Of a stretch of DNA of 64,000 bases, positions 33,816-44,332 are shown in pieces. The stretch spans positions 89,247-153,246 of the forward strand of contig JAKAHD010000001.1 in NCBI GenBank assembly GCA_021815205.1, written 5' to 3'. Source of the DNA: a bacterium. Lineage in GTDB: Bacteria; Patescibacteriota; Minisyncoccia; UBA6257; GWB1-50-10. Numbering within the stretch: position 1 is the stretch's first letter; each line of letters opens with the position of its first letter. The position numbers and the translations under genes were made by a program. A model generated the notes under the pieces. That model saw only the letters and a list, made by a program, of their open reading frames with translations, did not search any database and was not told the DNA's origin.

Positions 33816-36338
33816 TTACTTTAAGATTTTCCTCAAATACTCTCCCGTAAAGCTCCCCGCTTTCCGCGCCACTTCCTCGGGTGTTCCGGTCGCAACGATG
33901 TATCCTCCCTTCTCTCCTCCCTCGGGGCCGAGGTCGATCACCCAGTCCGCGGTTTTGATGACATCGAGATTGTGTTCGATCACGACTACCGTGTTGCCGC
34001 GGTCCACGAGGCGGTTTAGTACGTCCAGAAGATTCTGCACGTCCGCGAAATGAAGCCCCGTCGTGGGCTCGTCCAGAAGGTAGAGGGTATTCCGCGTGTC
34101 CCGTTTTCCGAGCTCCGCGCCGAGCTTTACGCGCTGGGCTTCGCCGCCCGAGAGCGTCGTTGCCGATTGCCCGAGCTCGAGGTAGCCGAGTCCCACCTCG
34201 TCCAGGATTTTCAGGCGATCATAGAGCCATGGGATATCCTCGTAAAACTTCACCGCTTCCTCAATCGTCATCTTCAAGATCTCGTAGATGTTCTTTCCTT
34301 TATATTTTACTTCGAGCGTTTCGCGGTCAAAACGTTTCCCATGACACACGTCGCACTCCACGTAGACCGTGGGGAGGAAGTGCATCTCGATCGCGATCGA
34401 TCCGTGCCCCTCGCAGTTTTCACAGCGCCCCCCTTTCACGTTGAAGCTGAAGCGCCCGGGCTTGTAGCCCCTAACGCGCGCGTCCTCGGTCGAGGAAAAA
34501 AGCTCGCGGATAAAAGTCCATGCGCCGACGTACGTCGCGGGATTCGAACGCGGCGTGCGCCCGATCGGCGACTGGTCAATATTGATGATGCGATTTACAT
34601 ATTCGGTGCCCGTGATCGATTTGTGCGTCCCCGCTTTGTAATTCGCGCCGTTGTAGGTATTGGCGAGCGATTTATAAAGCACATCATAAAGCAGTGTGCT
34701 CTTTCCCGAGCCCGAGACGCCCGTGATCGCCGTGAAGCGCTTCAGGGGAATGTCGATGTCTATGTTCTTGAGGTTATTCGCCGTGACTCCTCTGATTTTC
34801 AGATGTTCCCTGTCCTTCGTTACTTTTCTCCGTTCCTTCGGCACCTTGATAAATCGTTTTCCGCGCAAGTATTCGAGCGTGAGCGAATCTTTCTTCATAT
34901 CTTTAAATATCTCCGGCACTTTTCCCTCCGCGATTATTTTCCCGCCGTGCACCCCCGCCGCCGGACCGATATCCACGAGATAGTCCGCGGCGCGGATCGT
35001 GTCTTCGTCGTGTTCCACGACGATAATGGTGTTGCCGAGATCGCGGAGATCATGGAGCGTTTTAATGAGCTTCGCGTTGTCGCGCTGGTGGAGACCGATC
35101 GTGGGTTCGTCGAGAATATAAAGCGTACCTACGAGGCGCGAGCCGATCTGCGAAGCAAGGCGGATGCGCTGAGATTCTCCTCCCGAGAGCGTTCCCGCCC
35201 TTCGATCGAGCGTGAGGTACTCGAGCCCCACGTCGATCATAAACTGAAGGCGGCTTTTTATCTCCTTCAAGGGAATTTCCGCGATCTCCGCAAGATTTTT
35301 TTTCTTCGCGAGTTTTTCCCGCACCTTCGTGAAGAACGCGAATGCGTCATCAATCGAGAGTTTGGTGACGGAAGCGATATTTTTGTGTTCCACGAGTACG
35401 TTCAAGCTCTCTTCCTTGAGGCGCTTTCCTGCGCATATGGGGCAGAGTTTTTCAGACCAAATGCTTTCGGTGCCGAGGCCGTGGCACTCGGAGCATGCGC
35501 CGTAAGGACTGTTGAATGAAAAGAGGCGCGGCTCAATCTCGGGAAAGGAGAAGCCGTCCCTGGGGCAGGTGTACTGCGCGGAGAGCGAGGTTTCATCTTT
35601 CGTAATGATCGACACCACATCGTGGCCGTACTTCAAGGCGGTTTCGATGGACTCGGCAAGTCGTGCGCGATTGTCCTTTTCTTTAAAATCGATTCCAGCC
35701 GGCATGCGATCTATTACAAGCTCGATCGTGTGCTGTTTGTATCTCGAAAGATTGATACGTTCGCGGAGACTCATGAACTTCCCGTCAATCCGCACCTCCG
35801 AGAACCCCGCGTTCAGAAAGTCATAGAGCATCTGGTAGTACTCCCCCTTCCTGCCGCGCACGACAGGTGCGAGGATCACGATGTTCCTTTTTTCTTTATT
35901 CTCGTTCGAGATTTGGATTACCACATCCACGATCTCCTCATTCGTCATCTTCCTAATCTCATTTCCGCACCGCGGGCAATACGGCGTTCCCGCTCGCGCG
36001 AAGAGCACGCGGAGATAATCGTAGATTTCCGTGATGGTCGCGACTGTGGAGCGCGGGTTCGCCGAGTGGTGCTTCTGATCGATCGAAATCGCGGGAGAAA
36101 GCCCCTCAATTTCGTCCACGTCGGGCTTATCAAGCTTTCCTAAGAATTGCCTCGCGTACGCCGAAAGTGATTCGATGTAACGGCGCTGACCCTCGGCGAA
36201 GATCGTGTCGAATGCAAGGGACGATTTCCCCGATCCGGAAAGCCCCGTGAACACGATCATTTTATCGCGGGGAAGCTCGAGGTTAATGTTCTTGAGATTA
36301 TGCTCGCGAGCACCCCTGATGATGATTTTGTCCCGCAT
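33816..36338 (-). CDS. uvrA: excinuclease ABC subunit A
   Basis: Two ABC ATPase modules ([27 protein letters not shown]; LSGGE signatures) and Zn-finger Cys clusters. Start moved from the track's TTG to ATG at 36338 ([18 protein letters not shown]). Confidence 0.9.
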   Translation of the reverse strand: MRDKIIIRGAREHNLKNINLELPRDKMIVFTGLSGSGKSSLAFDTIFAEGQRRYIESLSAYARQFLGKLDKPDVDEIEGLSPAISIDQKHHSANPRSTVATITEIYDYLRVLFARAGTPYCPRCGNEIRKMTNEEIVDVVIQISNENKEKRNIVILAPVVRGRKGEYYQMLYDFLNAGFSEVRIDGKFMSLRERINLSRYKQHTIELVIDRMPAGIDFKEKDNRARLAESIETALKYGHDVVSIITKDETSLSAQYTCPRDGFSFPEIEPRLFSFNSPYGACSECHGLGTESIWSEKLCPICAGKRLKEESLNVLVEHKNIASVTKLSIDDAFAFFTKVREKLAKKKNLAEIAEIPLKEIKSRLQFMIDVGLEYLTLDRRAGTLSGGESQRIRLASQIGSRLVGTLYILDEPTIGLHQRDNAKLIKTLHDLRDLGNTIIVVEHDEDTIRAADYLVDIGPAAGVHGGKIIAEGKVPEIFKDMKKDSLTLEYLRGKRFIKVPKERRKVTKDREHLKIRGVTANNLKNIDIDIPLKRFTAITGVSGSGKSTLLYDVLYKSLANTYNGANYKAGTHKSITGTEYVNRIINIDQSPIGRTPRSNPATYVGAWTFIRELFSSTEDARVRGYKPGRFSFNVKGGRCENCEGHGSIAIEMHFLPTVYVECDVCHGKRFDRETLEVKYKGKNIYEILKMTIEEAVKFYEDIPWLYDRLKILDEVGLGYLELGQSATTLSGGEAQRVKLGAELGKRDTRNTLYLLDEPTTGLHFADVQNLLDVLNRLVDRGNTVVVIEHNLDVIKTADWVIDLGPEGGEKGGYIVATGTPEEVARKAGSFTGEYLRKILK

Positions 36339-36345
36339 GGTCTTC

Positions 36346-36522
36346 AAATCCTAAATTCTAAGCACTAAATCCTAAACAAATTCTGTCCCTTTGGTCATCC
36401 CTACGGGAGATGTCCCGGAGGGACAGACATCTCCCGCAGGGAGACAAATAACCAAAACCCAAAATTCAAAACACGCGTTTTGGTCATTTGGATTTTGTAT
36501 TTTTGTCATTATTTAGGATTTA
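36346..36522 (+). repeat. MITE-like intergenic element (family R2) copy 2, abutting the uvrA start
   Basis: Same 'aaatcctaaa...aaaacacgcgtttt...gtcattatttaggattt' architecture as 4283-4375, with an extra imperfect palindrome (gggagatgtccc...gggacagacatctccc) inserted. Confidence 0.6.
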
Positions 36523-36687
36523 GATGATATTGGAATTTAGAATTTCGCTTATGTATACGCAAACACTCCCCCGCCTTTATGCTATGGGGGGTGGTGTAGT
36601 GAAGATACTCCTCCCTTTATCTCCCTGTCAAACAACAATCATCAATTAGAAAAAGAAAAGGATGCATTATAAAAGCGGGGAAGAGCG

Positions 36688-36720
36688 GCCTCGCCTGCCT
36701 GCGCAGGCAGGCGGCCTTGG
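36688..36720 (-). terminator. GC-rich palindrome downstream of uvrB (candidate terminator)
   Basis: 'ggcctcgcctgcctgcgcaggcaggcggcc' near-perfect palindrome. On the minus strand it is followed by 'cttccccgcttttat'. Confidence 0.35.
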
Positions 36721-36751
36721 AGCGCACACTCTTATAATACATTCTTTTCGT

Positions 36752-38971
36752 TTAAGATTTTCTTGTTTTTTCTCTCAGTATTTTTATCTCATCCCGCAGA
36801 ATCGCCGCAAGTTCGAAGTCGAGCGCGTTCGCCGCTTCTTTCATTTCTTTTTCCTTCTCCTTGACGAACTGCTCCAAACTCTTCTTCGATTTCGGCAGTA
36901 CCTTCGTTTCGAGCGTGAGGATTTTTTCTACAGGGAGAATGTCTTTGATCTCTTTCTCAATCGTTTTCGGAGTGATGTGATGCCTTGTATTGTACGCGAG
37001 CTGGAGTCTCCTGCGACGTTCCGTCTCCATAACGGCGCGCTGTACCGATCCCGTGATCGTATCCGCATAAAGAAGCACTTCTCCTCCCACGTTCCGCGCC
37101 GCCCTTCCGATCGTCTGAATGAGCGATGTTTCGCTTCGGAGGAACCCTTCTTTGTCGGCGTCGAGGATTGCGACCAAAGACACCTCGGGAAGATCAAGCC
37201 CTTCGCGCAAAAGATTCACGCCCACGAGGACGTCGAATCCGCCGTTTGAAGATCCTCTTCTGAGATTGGTAAGAATCTTGATGCGGTCGAGCGTCTTCAC
37301 GTCGCTATGGAGATACGTCACCTTGATTTTTGCCTCCTCGAGGAAACTTGCGAGATCCTCGGCCATACGTTTTGTAAGCGTCGTGACCAAGACGCGCTCC
37401 TTTTTCTTCACGCGCTCTCGTATGCGCGGTAGAAGATCATCAATCTGCCCCATGACTGGACGGATCGTAACCTTGGGATCGACGAGTCCCGTGGGGCGGA
37501 TGATCTGCTCTACTACTCCCGGTAATCGCGGACTTTTGCCCCCATGCCAGAACGCCCCGAGCGTAAGCCCGTGGTGTGGGGGTTTGCTGAACGCGCGCTG
37601 AAAATCGCGGCCGCTCTTTTCCGCGCCGTTCCGCATTTTGTCCGTGTGAGTCTGTGCAAAATGTGCAACGCTTTTGGCGGACATTTTAATTTCAAATGCT
37701 CCCGGCGTCGCCGAGGTATAAATCGTCTGGCCCGTGCGTTCCTTAAATTCTTTGAATTTCAGAGGACGATTATCCGCGGCCGAGGGAAGGCGGAACCCGT
37801 ACTCGATCAATGTCTTTTTTCGTGATGCATCTCCGTGATACATTCCCTGGAGCTGCGGTATCGTCACGTGCGATTCATCTATTATGGTTAAGAAGTCTGG
37901 CTTCGCCAGACTCGCTGATTGTCCATGATTTTCAAGTTGATTGCCGCTCACATTATTACGCCAGAAGTAATCCAATAAGGTGGCGGGCGGCTCGCCCGGT
38001 TTTCTTCCGGAGAGATGGCGGGAGTAATTTTCGATGCCGTGGCAATATCCCACTTCGCGGATCATCGCCATGTCCGCTTTTGTTCTTCGTTCGAGGCGCT
38101 CCGCTTCAAGGAACTTCTTCTCTTTTTCGAATTGTTTGAGCTGTGCTTTGAGTTCTTCCCGGATCGCGTGGAGTGCACCCTTGCGGTCTTCGGGCGGGGT
38201 GATGAAATGCTTCGCGGGCGCGATGTAGATCTCCGGCAGTGCCGGCGTTTTTCCTGCCTGCCCAGGCAGGCCCGGGCGGAACCCTTGCACGGGGTCAACT
38301 TCATAGATGTTCTGGATCGTATCGTTTTTCGTTTCGAAAGTGTAGATCACCTCCCTGTCGGGTGGCATGATCTCCCAGTGGTCGCCGCGGAGGCGGAACG
38401 TAGCGCGTTTCAGATCGGAGTTCGTGCGCGCGAACTGGAGTTCGACGAGTTTCCTCGAAAACTCGCTCCTGCTTACCCGATCCCCCGGCTTCAAGTGAAA
38501 AATATTTTTTGCATATAATTCGGGGCTCCCCAATCCGTAGATGCAAGAGACGGAGGCGACGACAATCACATCCTTCCGCGTAAGAAGCGCCGCGGTCGCC
38601 GCATGGCGGAGCTTGTCAATCTCGTCGTTCACCATCGCCTCTTTTCCGATGTAGGTATCGCTTGAGGGAAGGTATGCCTCGGGCTGGTAGTAGTCGTAGT
38701 ACGAGACAAAATAATTTACCGAGTTGTGCGGAAAAAGCTCGCGGAACTCATTTGTAAGCTGGGCGGCCAAGGTCTTATTGTGCGCGATCACCAGCGTCGG
38801 TTTTCCAACGCTCTGGATCACATTTGCAATTGAAAATGTCTTCCCCGATCCTGTAACCCCGAGGAGCGTCTGGTCGCGGTATCCTTTCCGGATGCCATCC
38901 GTGAGCGCCTTGATAGCCCTCGGCTGATCACCCGCGGGTTTGTTCTTTGAAGTGAGGTTAAATACGTTCAT
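36752..38971 (-). CDS. uvrB: excinuclease ABC subunit B
   Basis: Start moved to MNVFNLTSKNKPAGDQPRAIKAL. Helicase motifs (GVTGSGKT, DESH), beta-hairpin region, C-terminal UVR domain (ELAAILRDEI). Contains short in-frame low-complexity insertions whose DNA resembles intergenic palindromes (37551-37590, 38225-38290). Confidence 0.9.
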   Translation of the reverse strand: MNVFNLTSKNKPAGDQPRAIKALTDGIRKGYRDQTLLGVTGSGKTFSIANVIQSVGKPTLVIAHNKTLAAQLTNEFRELFPHNSVNYFVSYYDYYQPEAYLPSSDTYIGKEAMVNDEIDKLRHAATAALLTRKDVIVVASVSCIYGLGSPELYAKNIFHLKPGDRVSRSEFSRKLVELQFARTNSDLKRATFRLRGDHWEIMPPDREVIYTFETKNDTIQNIYEVDPVQGFRPGLPGQAGKTPALPEIYIAPAKHFITPPEDRKGALHAIREELKAQLKQFEKEKKFLEAERLERRTKADMAMIREVGYCHGIENYSRHLSGRKPGEPPATLLDYFWRNNVSGNQLENHGQSASLAKPDFLTIIDESHVTIPQLQGMYHGDASRKKTLIEYGFRLPSAADNRPLKFKEFKERTGQTIYTSATPGAFEIKMSAKSVAHFAQTHTDKMRNGAEKSGRDFQRAFSKPPHHGLTLGAFWHGGKSPRLPGVVEQIIRPTGLVDPKVTIRPVMGQIDDLLPRIRERVKKKERVLVTTLTKRMAEDLASFLEEAKIKVTYLHSDVKTLDRIKILTNLRRGSSNGGFDVLVGVNLLREGLDLPEVSLVAILDADKEGFLRSETSLIQTIGRAARNVGGEVLLYADTITGSVQRAVMETERRRRLQLAYNTRHHITPKTIEKEIKDILPVEKILTLETKVLPKSKKSLEQFVKEKEKEMKEAANALDFELAAILRDEIKILREKTRKS

Positions 38972-38995
38972 GCAAGCGTTGTAAGAGAGATCCAA

Positions 38996-39026
38996 CCTCC
39001 CTGAGGAGGTTGGACCTCCTTAATTA
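38996..39026 (-). terminator. hairpin between giant ORF stop and uvrB start
   Basis: 'ccaacctcc-ctgag-gaggttgg' 8-bp stem. Arms resemble the 30891-30920 palindrome. Confidence 0.3.
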
Positions 39027-39034
39027 AGGAGAGG

Positions 39035-42000
39035 TTACCGCAAATCTTTCGGCAGTATCTTCTTATCGATGATGTCGCCGTAATTCTGCGCGATGACATT
39101 AAGCTGTATTTTTATCCGACGCAGAAGCCCGTCGGCGTGTTTCGTCTCGAACGGGTTCGCGCGCATCTTTTCGTATATGCCGATATTATGCGTGAGTTTC
39201 TTTCCCTCCATAATCGCATTTCCCCTTAGGAGATCCAGCTTCTTGCCGTGCGAGTTTGCGTATGCCACAAGCTTTGATTCGAAGTCCTTTGAGAAATATT
39301 CCCCTCCTTTGATCCCGCCTCCTGGCCGGGTTTCAGCGAGCGACTTCGCGATCTCGTGATGCGGCGCGGTGTGAGCGCTTTGCGTATTTTCCTTCATCGT
39401 CTGGAATATATGATCGGCGGTTCCCCCGCGTGGTATCATTGTTGTTCCTTTGGGAACCACCTCTTCAAATCCGGTCGAGTGTATGTGGCGGGGTGTCATG
39501 TGAAATATCTCCCGTAATGGCTGTGATTCCTCGATCCCCTTCGCCTCGATTCCCTCAAGTACCTTCTCCGGCGGCTGGTCGTGGAGCACTGATGCACGAA
39601 GCCATCCCGGCACGTGCCCCTTCTTTTTGAGGATAATGTCATACAGCGCGGCATCACTTTTCGCTTCACGACTTGTATCAATAAGCTCGAAGTGGCCCCC
39701 GTGTCCTCCCGCGTGAGGCACGTATGCCACCTTATCGCCCTCGACGACAAGTCCCATCCTGGAGAGCGGCACCAATTTTCCATCGGGAGTCCTGAAGACG
39801 GAATGCGGGTCGCTCCACGCTTTTTCAAAATCAACGTGATTCTTTTTCGCGAGTTCCCGCGCCGAGTTCCATATATTCCCGCCCTTCCCGATCGTGGCCT
39901 CGAGATTCGTCGGCGCGTTCGGCGCGGGGGAAGAAATGATTTCTGTTGGTGTGTTACCACCGGTTTTAGGAAGGGGCACCACCCCCTTCAAGGTGTTTTG
40001 TATGCCTCGTGTCGTGTCGGGTACTTCCTGAAATTGAGAGGGGAGGCGAACGGTGTCTTGAGGCGCGGGGGTATTTTTGATGGACACGTAAGGAGTTTTA
40101 TTGTGAACAACGGTATAGTCTGGAGCAAAAGGATTTCCGGATGTTTTTAGTGCGGGAGCGTGAGACACCTGCTGCTGGGGTAACACGTGGTCCGTATGCG
40201 GCACGGTTTCAGTACCTCCTCCACGCCACCATTGATTGATCTCGCCGCCCAGGAATGCGAGGCCCGCTCCAAGCGCCGCGCCCTTCAGCGTTTCTTTCCA
40301 TACGTGCTTTGTTCGTGCGGTATCGGTATGCCCCGCTTTTCTCCGGAGCACTGACGCAAGCCGTTCTTTTATTTTTTCGTTCACCTCTTTATCTCCCATT
40401 TGGACTGCTACTTCTCCTTCCGCGAGCTTCGAAAGCAGTTCGTATTGTTCGGAGAGTTGCGCGTCTTTTCCGGAAAAACCGACGAGCCGATTATCAAGCA
40501 CGTATCTCGTGTAATACAAGCGCTGGTCGAGTATATTCAGTAAGTGAGCTCTTTCTTTCTCGTCTGTTGCCATATTGATGCGCTCGATTGTTTTTTCTAT
40601 TTTTTCCGCGAGCGTGTTCGCTTCTACATACGCTTTTCCCGCGAGGATTGTTTCTCCGCTGTACTTTCCGCTTTTTATTCTTTCCGCCGCTTGTATTTTC
40701 TGTTTTTCCGTGTTGCCGCTCATTTTTTCCATGAGCGCGCTCTTCTTTCCTAACTTTGCGGCTCGGAACTCTTCGTTAAGATTCTCCACCGCTCGCTTTC
40801 TCGCCATAAATCCCCCGCTTCCCGCGGCGACGAGCGGCGCGGCGAATACACCGAGCGCTCCCGCAAGCGCGGCGCGTCCGCCGTAACCTAACGCCATATA
40901 CCCGCCGCGTTCGAGGGTGGTGTTCTTGAGCGCTTTCGTCCAAAACGGTTTTGAAGTAATTTTATTCAACTCTTCTTCCACTTTTGGATTCTCGCTGAAG
41001 AACTGATTCATTCGCACCCTTTTATCAATCCTCATCATCTCGAGAAGCGTCTCCCTTGTGTACTCGTCCCGCCATGAAGCCTTCTCAAAGTCCATTCTCC
41101 TTAAGATCCCCCCTTTTTTGATAGTCATGAGGTCATCCAGCGCGGTGGCATACTCGTTTTCAAGAAGATTATTTGCGATATCAAGTTTCAATCCCCTTCC
41201 TGCGTTTCTCGTATCCCCTTCCGCGAGGCGTCGCGCCACGTCGTTAAAGCGATCCACCACGGCTTGTTCCTGCTCTGTCAATCCTTCCATTCTTCCGGCG
41301 TAATCTATCACAAGGACTGATTTTGGTCCCTTTGCGAGTCTCTTTGCTAAGCGAGCTTTTTCTATGAGTGTTCTGCTTCCTTCTCCCGAGCGGAGGGTGC
41401 GGCTCAACACTTCGTCGCGTTTCTCAAAATGCGCGTCAATGCCGCTCTCCTTCGTCATTCTCGTGAGGTCTTCAAGCGTTCTTAGATTTGCTTCCTTGTC
41501 TCGCGCCTTCGCCGTCCTCACAACCTCCTTCTCGGTTTCTGCGAGGTAGAAATTTTTAAGAATGCTTCGTACGACTTTTGGGAAGAACGACGCCTTTGCG
41601 GTTTCCTCCTTGTATTGTTTCGCCGCTTCCACCTTCGTGTGCATCAACGCCATGCTTTCCATATTCTGAAGTACGAGCCGCCGCTGTCCCTCGGAGAGCG
41701 ATGCGTATCCCTCAATGGCGTTCAATTCCTCTTCCTTGATGCCGAAGATTTTTTCAAAACCCGCCGTTGTTGCTTTTTCGGGATCTTCCGGCGTTTTTTC
41801 TTGCCTCTCTTTTTGTTTCGATTTTTTCTTTTCTTTTATCTCATGAGAAGCAGAAAGCCCCGTGGCGAACGCGGGGTTTACTGCCTCGTGTGAGCTTTTC
41901 ACGGGATTTATTTCCCTGAATTTCGCTTCGGTTGCCTCGTCTTTATTAAATGATTTCTTATATATCCCCCCGTCTTCGGGTATGATGACAGCCGCCTTTT

Positions 42001-42568
42001 TTCTCCTGAATTTTTTTACCTTTTGTCTCTCTGTTTGTAGGAGAATTTCTTTTGCTTTATCAACCGCTTTCTCAATGTTCTGTTCCCTCCTTTTTTCTGC
42101 ATCCTCCGTTCGTTCTTGTTCAAACGGATTCATTTTTTCATGAGTCGAGGTGTCTTCATGCACCTTCGTGTTTTGTGTTGCTTTTCCTTCTTCTCCCTTT
42201 TCCCCCTCCCCTTCCTTAAACTTCAAAAATCTTCCATCCGCATACTTCTTTGCGTACATCCTCCCGTGTTCCCAGAACTCGGTGTTCCCCTCGGAGTCGT
42301 TTATTTTCCCATTCTTCAATATTTCTTTTGTTTTTTCTTGCTCCGCTGTTTTCTCTTGCGTCGCCTCGTGCAGTACCGCTCCCAAATCCTCAAGCGTGAG
42401 CGAGGTCGTTCCTTTCTTCTTTTTCGCGATCTCCCGCGCGCGGATTATCATGTCGTCGCTTTCGGGCAAGGCATGTTCCGGCGTTTTCGGGGTTTCCGGC
42501 GTTTGTTCCGCCGGATTGTTCTTGAATTCTTCTTCCGATTGACCCGCGAGAGGGTTTTCTATAGACAT
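39035..42568 (-). CDS. giant hypothetical protein (1177 aa) with charged N-terminal half, two central TM helices and a large C-terminal region
   Basis: Single uninterrupted ORF. E/K-rich coiled-coil-like N-terminal 550 aa. Gly/Ala-rich hydrophobic segments (GGYMALGYGGRAALAGALGVFAAPLVAAGSGGF and GAALGAGLAFLGG). No recognisable catalytic motifs. Confidence 0.5.
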   Translation of the reverse strand: MSIENPLAGQSEEEFKNNPAEQTPETPKTPEHALPESDDMIIRAREIAKKKKGTTSLTLEDLGAVLHEATQEKTAEQEKTKEILKNGKINDSEGNTEFWEHGRMYAKKYADGRFLKFKEGEGEKGEEGKATQNTKVHEDTSTHEKMNPFEQERTEDAEKRREQNIEKAVDKAKEILLQTERQKVKKFRRKKAAVIIPEDGGIYKKSFNKDEATEAKFREINPVKSSHEAVNPAFATGLSASHEIKEKKKSKQKERQEKTPEDPEKATTAGFEKIFGIKEEELNAIEGYASLSEGQRRLVLQNMESMALMHTKVEAAKQYKEETAKASFFPKVVRSILKNFYLAETEKEVVRTAKARDKEANLRTLEDLTRMTKESGIDAHFEKRDEVLSRTLRSGEGSRTLIEKARLAKRLAKGPKSVLVIDYAGRMEGLTEQEQAVVDRFNDVARRLAEGDTRNAGRGLKLDIANNLLENEYATALDDLMTIKKGGILRRMDFEKASWRDEYTRETLLEMMRIDKRVRMNQFFSENPKVEEELNKITSKPFWTKALKNTTLERGGYMALGYGGRAALAGALGVFAAPLVAAGSGGFMARKRAVENLNEEFRAAKLGKKSALMEKMSGNTEKQKIQAAERIKSGKYSGETILAGKAYVEANTLAEKIEKTIERINMATDEKERAHLLNILDQRLYYTRYVLDNRLVGFSGKDAQLSEQYELLSKLAEGEVAVQMGDKEVNEKIKERLASVLRRKAGHTDTARTKHVWKETLKGAALGAGLAFLGGEINQWWRGGGTETVPHTDHVLPQQQVSHAPALKTSGNPFAPDYTVVHNKTPYVSIKNTPAPQDTVRLPSQFQEVPDTTRGIQNTLKGVVPLPKTGGNTPTEIISSPAPNAPTNLEATIGKGGNIWNSARELAKKNHVDFEKAWSDPHSVFRTPDGKLVPLSRMGLVVEGDKVAYVPHAGGHGGHFELIDTSREAKSDAALYDIILKKKGHVPGWLRASVLHDQPPEKVLEGIEAKGIEESQPLREIFHMTPRHIHSTGFEEVVPKGTTMIPRGGTADHIFQTMKENTQSAHTAPHHEIAKSLAETRPGGGIKGGEYFSKDFESKLVAYANSHGKKLDLLRGNAIMEGKKLTHNIGIYEKMRANPFETKHADGLLRRIKIQLNVIAQNYGDIIDKKILPKDLR

Positions 42569-42705
42569 GTAAATATTATAGCATTCTTACCCCTCTGTTG
42601 TGTTGAGATATTATAACACATGTGCTTGAAAAAAGCAACAAAAAAACACCCATGCGCGCATGAGTGTTTTTTGCAGTAAGGGGATAAAGAAAGATTAGGT
42701 GTCCC

Positions 42706-43038
42706 TTATTCTACTCCATTAAACTGACGATCAACGTTCACCCCCGCCTGATCCTGGTGCCCGCCGCCGGGGAGGTTTTCATTTGCCTCAATGCCGCTTT
42801 TTGTTTCTACGCCGCCCTCTTTCCCTAGTGCGGATTCGGGTGTGCCGCTCTCTTCGGGCTTGCCGCTCTCTTTGTCTATTCCAAAATTATCTTGTCTGCC
42901 AGACTGTGTCTGAATCTGTGCGGGCTGGCTTGCGGCGGCGTTCTGCTGGGCGTGCGCCTGAAGTCCTATCGCGCCGGCGCCGCCGAGCACGAGTGACAAC
43001 ACCGCAAGGAGAGACGCTGTTTTTTTATTCCACTGCAT
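42706..43038 (-). CDS. small secreted disordered protein
   Basis: Signal peptide then Q/A/G/E-rich sequence. 110 aa. Confidence 0.35.
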   Translation of the reverse strand: MQWNKKTASLLAVLSLVLGGAGAIGLQAHAQQNAAASQPAQIQTQSGRQDNFGIDKESGKPEESGTPESALGKEGGVETKSGIEANENLPGGGHQDQAGVNVDRQFNGVE

Positions 43039-43204
43039 AATGTGGTTCCTTAATTTTTTTGAGTATTCTTACTCAAAGTCCAGGCCGACCTTTATCATCA
43101 TTATTCCTGAACTTCCCCAGTATATACAGTGGGGATGAAAAAAATATGAAGTAGAAACACTGCGGCTCTCACCGCAGTGTGTGCATCGTCAACTCTATTT
43201 GGAA

Positions 43205-43750
43205 TTACTGGATGCTATAGCTTATCCTTTTCGCTTTTTCCCCGTTCACGTAGAAATTGAGCGTGTAATTGCCGGTTTTGCGCGTCTGTCCAGGTTTCAG
43301 CGTCCAATCAAAGTGGAAATACTGCACGCCATCTTTGGTGGGATGCGAGACCTTTGAATCCACATACTTGCCCGCATAGTAGCGGACGTAGGACAGTTCT
43401 GTGCGCTGGGTTGCATTCTGGAGCGACAACACTGCGTAGATTACCGGATCGGCAGAAGAAAATACGGTCTTGGGCGCGACTGCCGCCCCGCGTGCGGTGA
43501 TACTCCTACTCATCGCAACGTTCGTAATCGTCGCTACGGTGCCGGGCTGTGATTTCAGGGCGATCTTTTGGGAGGGTGTAACGGTTGATGTGGGTAGCGC
43601 AGGCATTGATCCGAGAGGCGCCGTGAGTGGAGGCGAAATCGGAGCTTTGGTACTCAGAGTCGATACCGAGGGATATCGGGTCGCAAGATAAAAAATACCT
43701 CCTATTGCAACGAGTACGATTGCTATAACGCCGATTACTTTTGCGTTCAT
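43205..43750 (-). CDS. hypothetical secreted/anchored protein
   Basis: Signal anchor MNAKVIGVIAIVLVAIGGIF. 181 aa with beta-rich C-terminal half. Confidence 0.4.
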   Translation of the reverse strand: MNAKVIGVIAIVLVAIGGIFYLATRYPSVSTLSTKAPISPPLTAPLGSMPALPTSTVTPSQKIALKSQPGTVATITNVAMSRSITARGAAVAPKTVFSSADPVIYAVLSLQNATQRTELSYVRYYAGKYVDSKVSHPTKDGVQYFHFDWTLKPGQTRKTGNYTLNFYVNGEKAKRISYSIQ

Positions 43751-43815
43751 TTAAGATATTACTGGATAGAATTGTTTATTCTTACACCGCAGGTATACAC
43801 CAGGGATGTGGAAGT

Positions 43816-44262
43816 TTAGTCACCCTCACCACTACCGGTTGACGATGCGTCGGACTCATGGTTTTCAGTTGATGATGTCGAGCGATTCCCGCTTTCTTGA
43901 TCATTCTGGCCGCCTTCTGTTTCTATTTCTACCTCATTCTCAATCTCTTGCTCGATCTCCAGTTCCGGTTTCTCTCCGTCAATCACCTGATGATCCCCGT
44001 ACTGGTCCCCCGCCTTTTCGTTTTCTTCGTCATCTATTTCACGCTGATTATTCTGGGCGACTTTATCGTTCACGATCTGCTGTTTTCCATCTTCTACGTC
44101 TTTCTGAAAGTCTGATTGGCTTTGACTGTTGGCTTGGGACGGCGTTGTTGAAGTTTGCGCGCGTGCTGATACAACCCCCCTTCCAGTAAATAGTGCAATG
44201 GCTACTACAGAGATAATGGCGAAAGAGGATCGAGAGAAGGTACATTTCGTTGGTTGTAGCAT
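43816..44262 (-). CDS. small secreted acidic protein
   Basis: Signal peptide. Asp/Glu/Gln-rich (DDEENEKAGDQYGDHQVIDGEKPELEIEQEIENE). Confidence 0.35.
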   Translation of the reverse strand: MLQPTKCTFSRSSFAIISVVAIALFTGRGVVSARAQTSTTPSQANSQSQSDFQKDVEDGKQQIVNDKVAQNNQREIDDEENEKAGDQYGDHQVIDGEKPELEIEQEIENEVEIETEGGQNDQESGNRSTSSTENHESDASSTGSGEGD

Positions 44263-44332
44263 CCTTTCATTGTACCATAAGGAGCTCTTTTCTGTGCAAC
44301 GTTATCCACATGAAGTTATTCATCCCCGCACC

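Noticed and set aside
34050-35519. 489-aa ORF on the plus strand
   Set aside because: Antisense inside uvrA, which is unmistakable. Shadow ORF.
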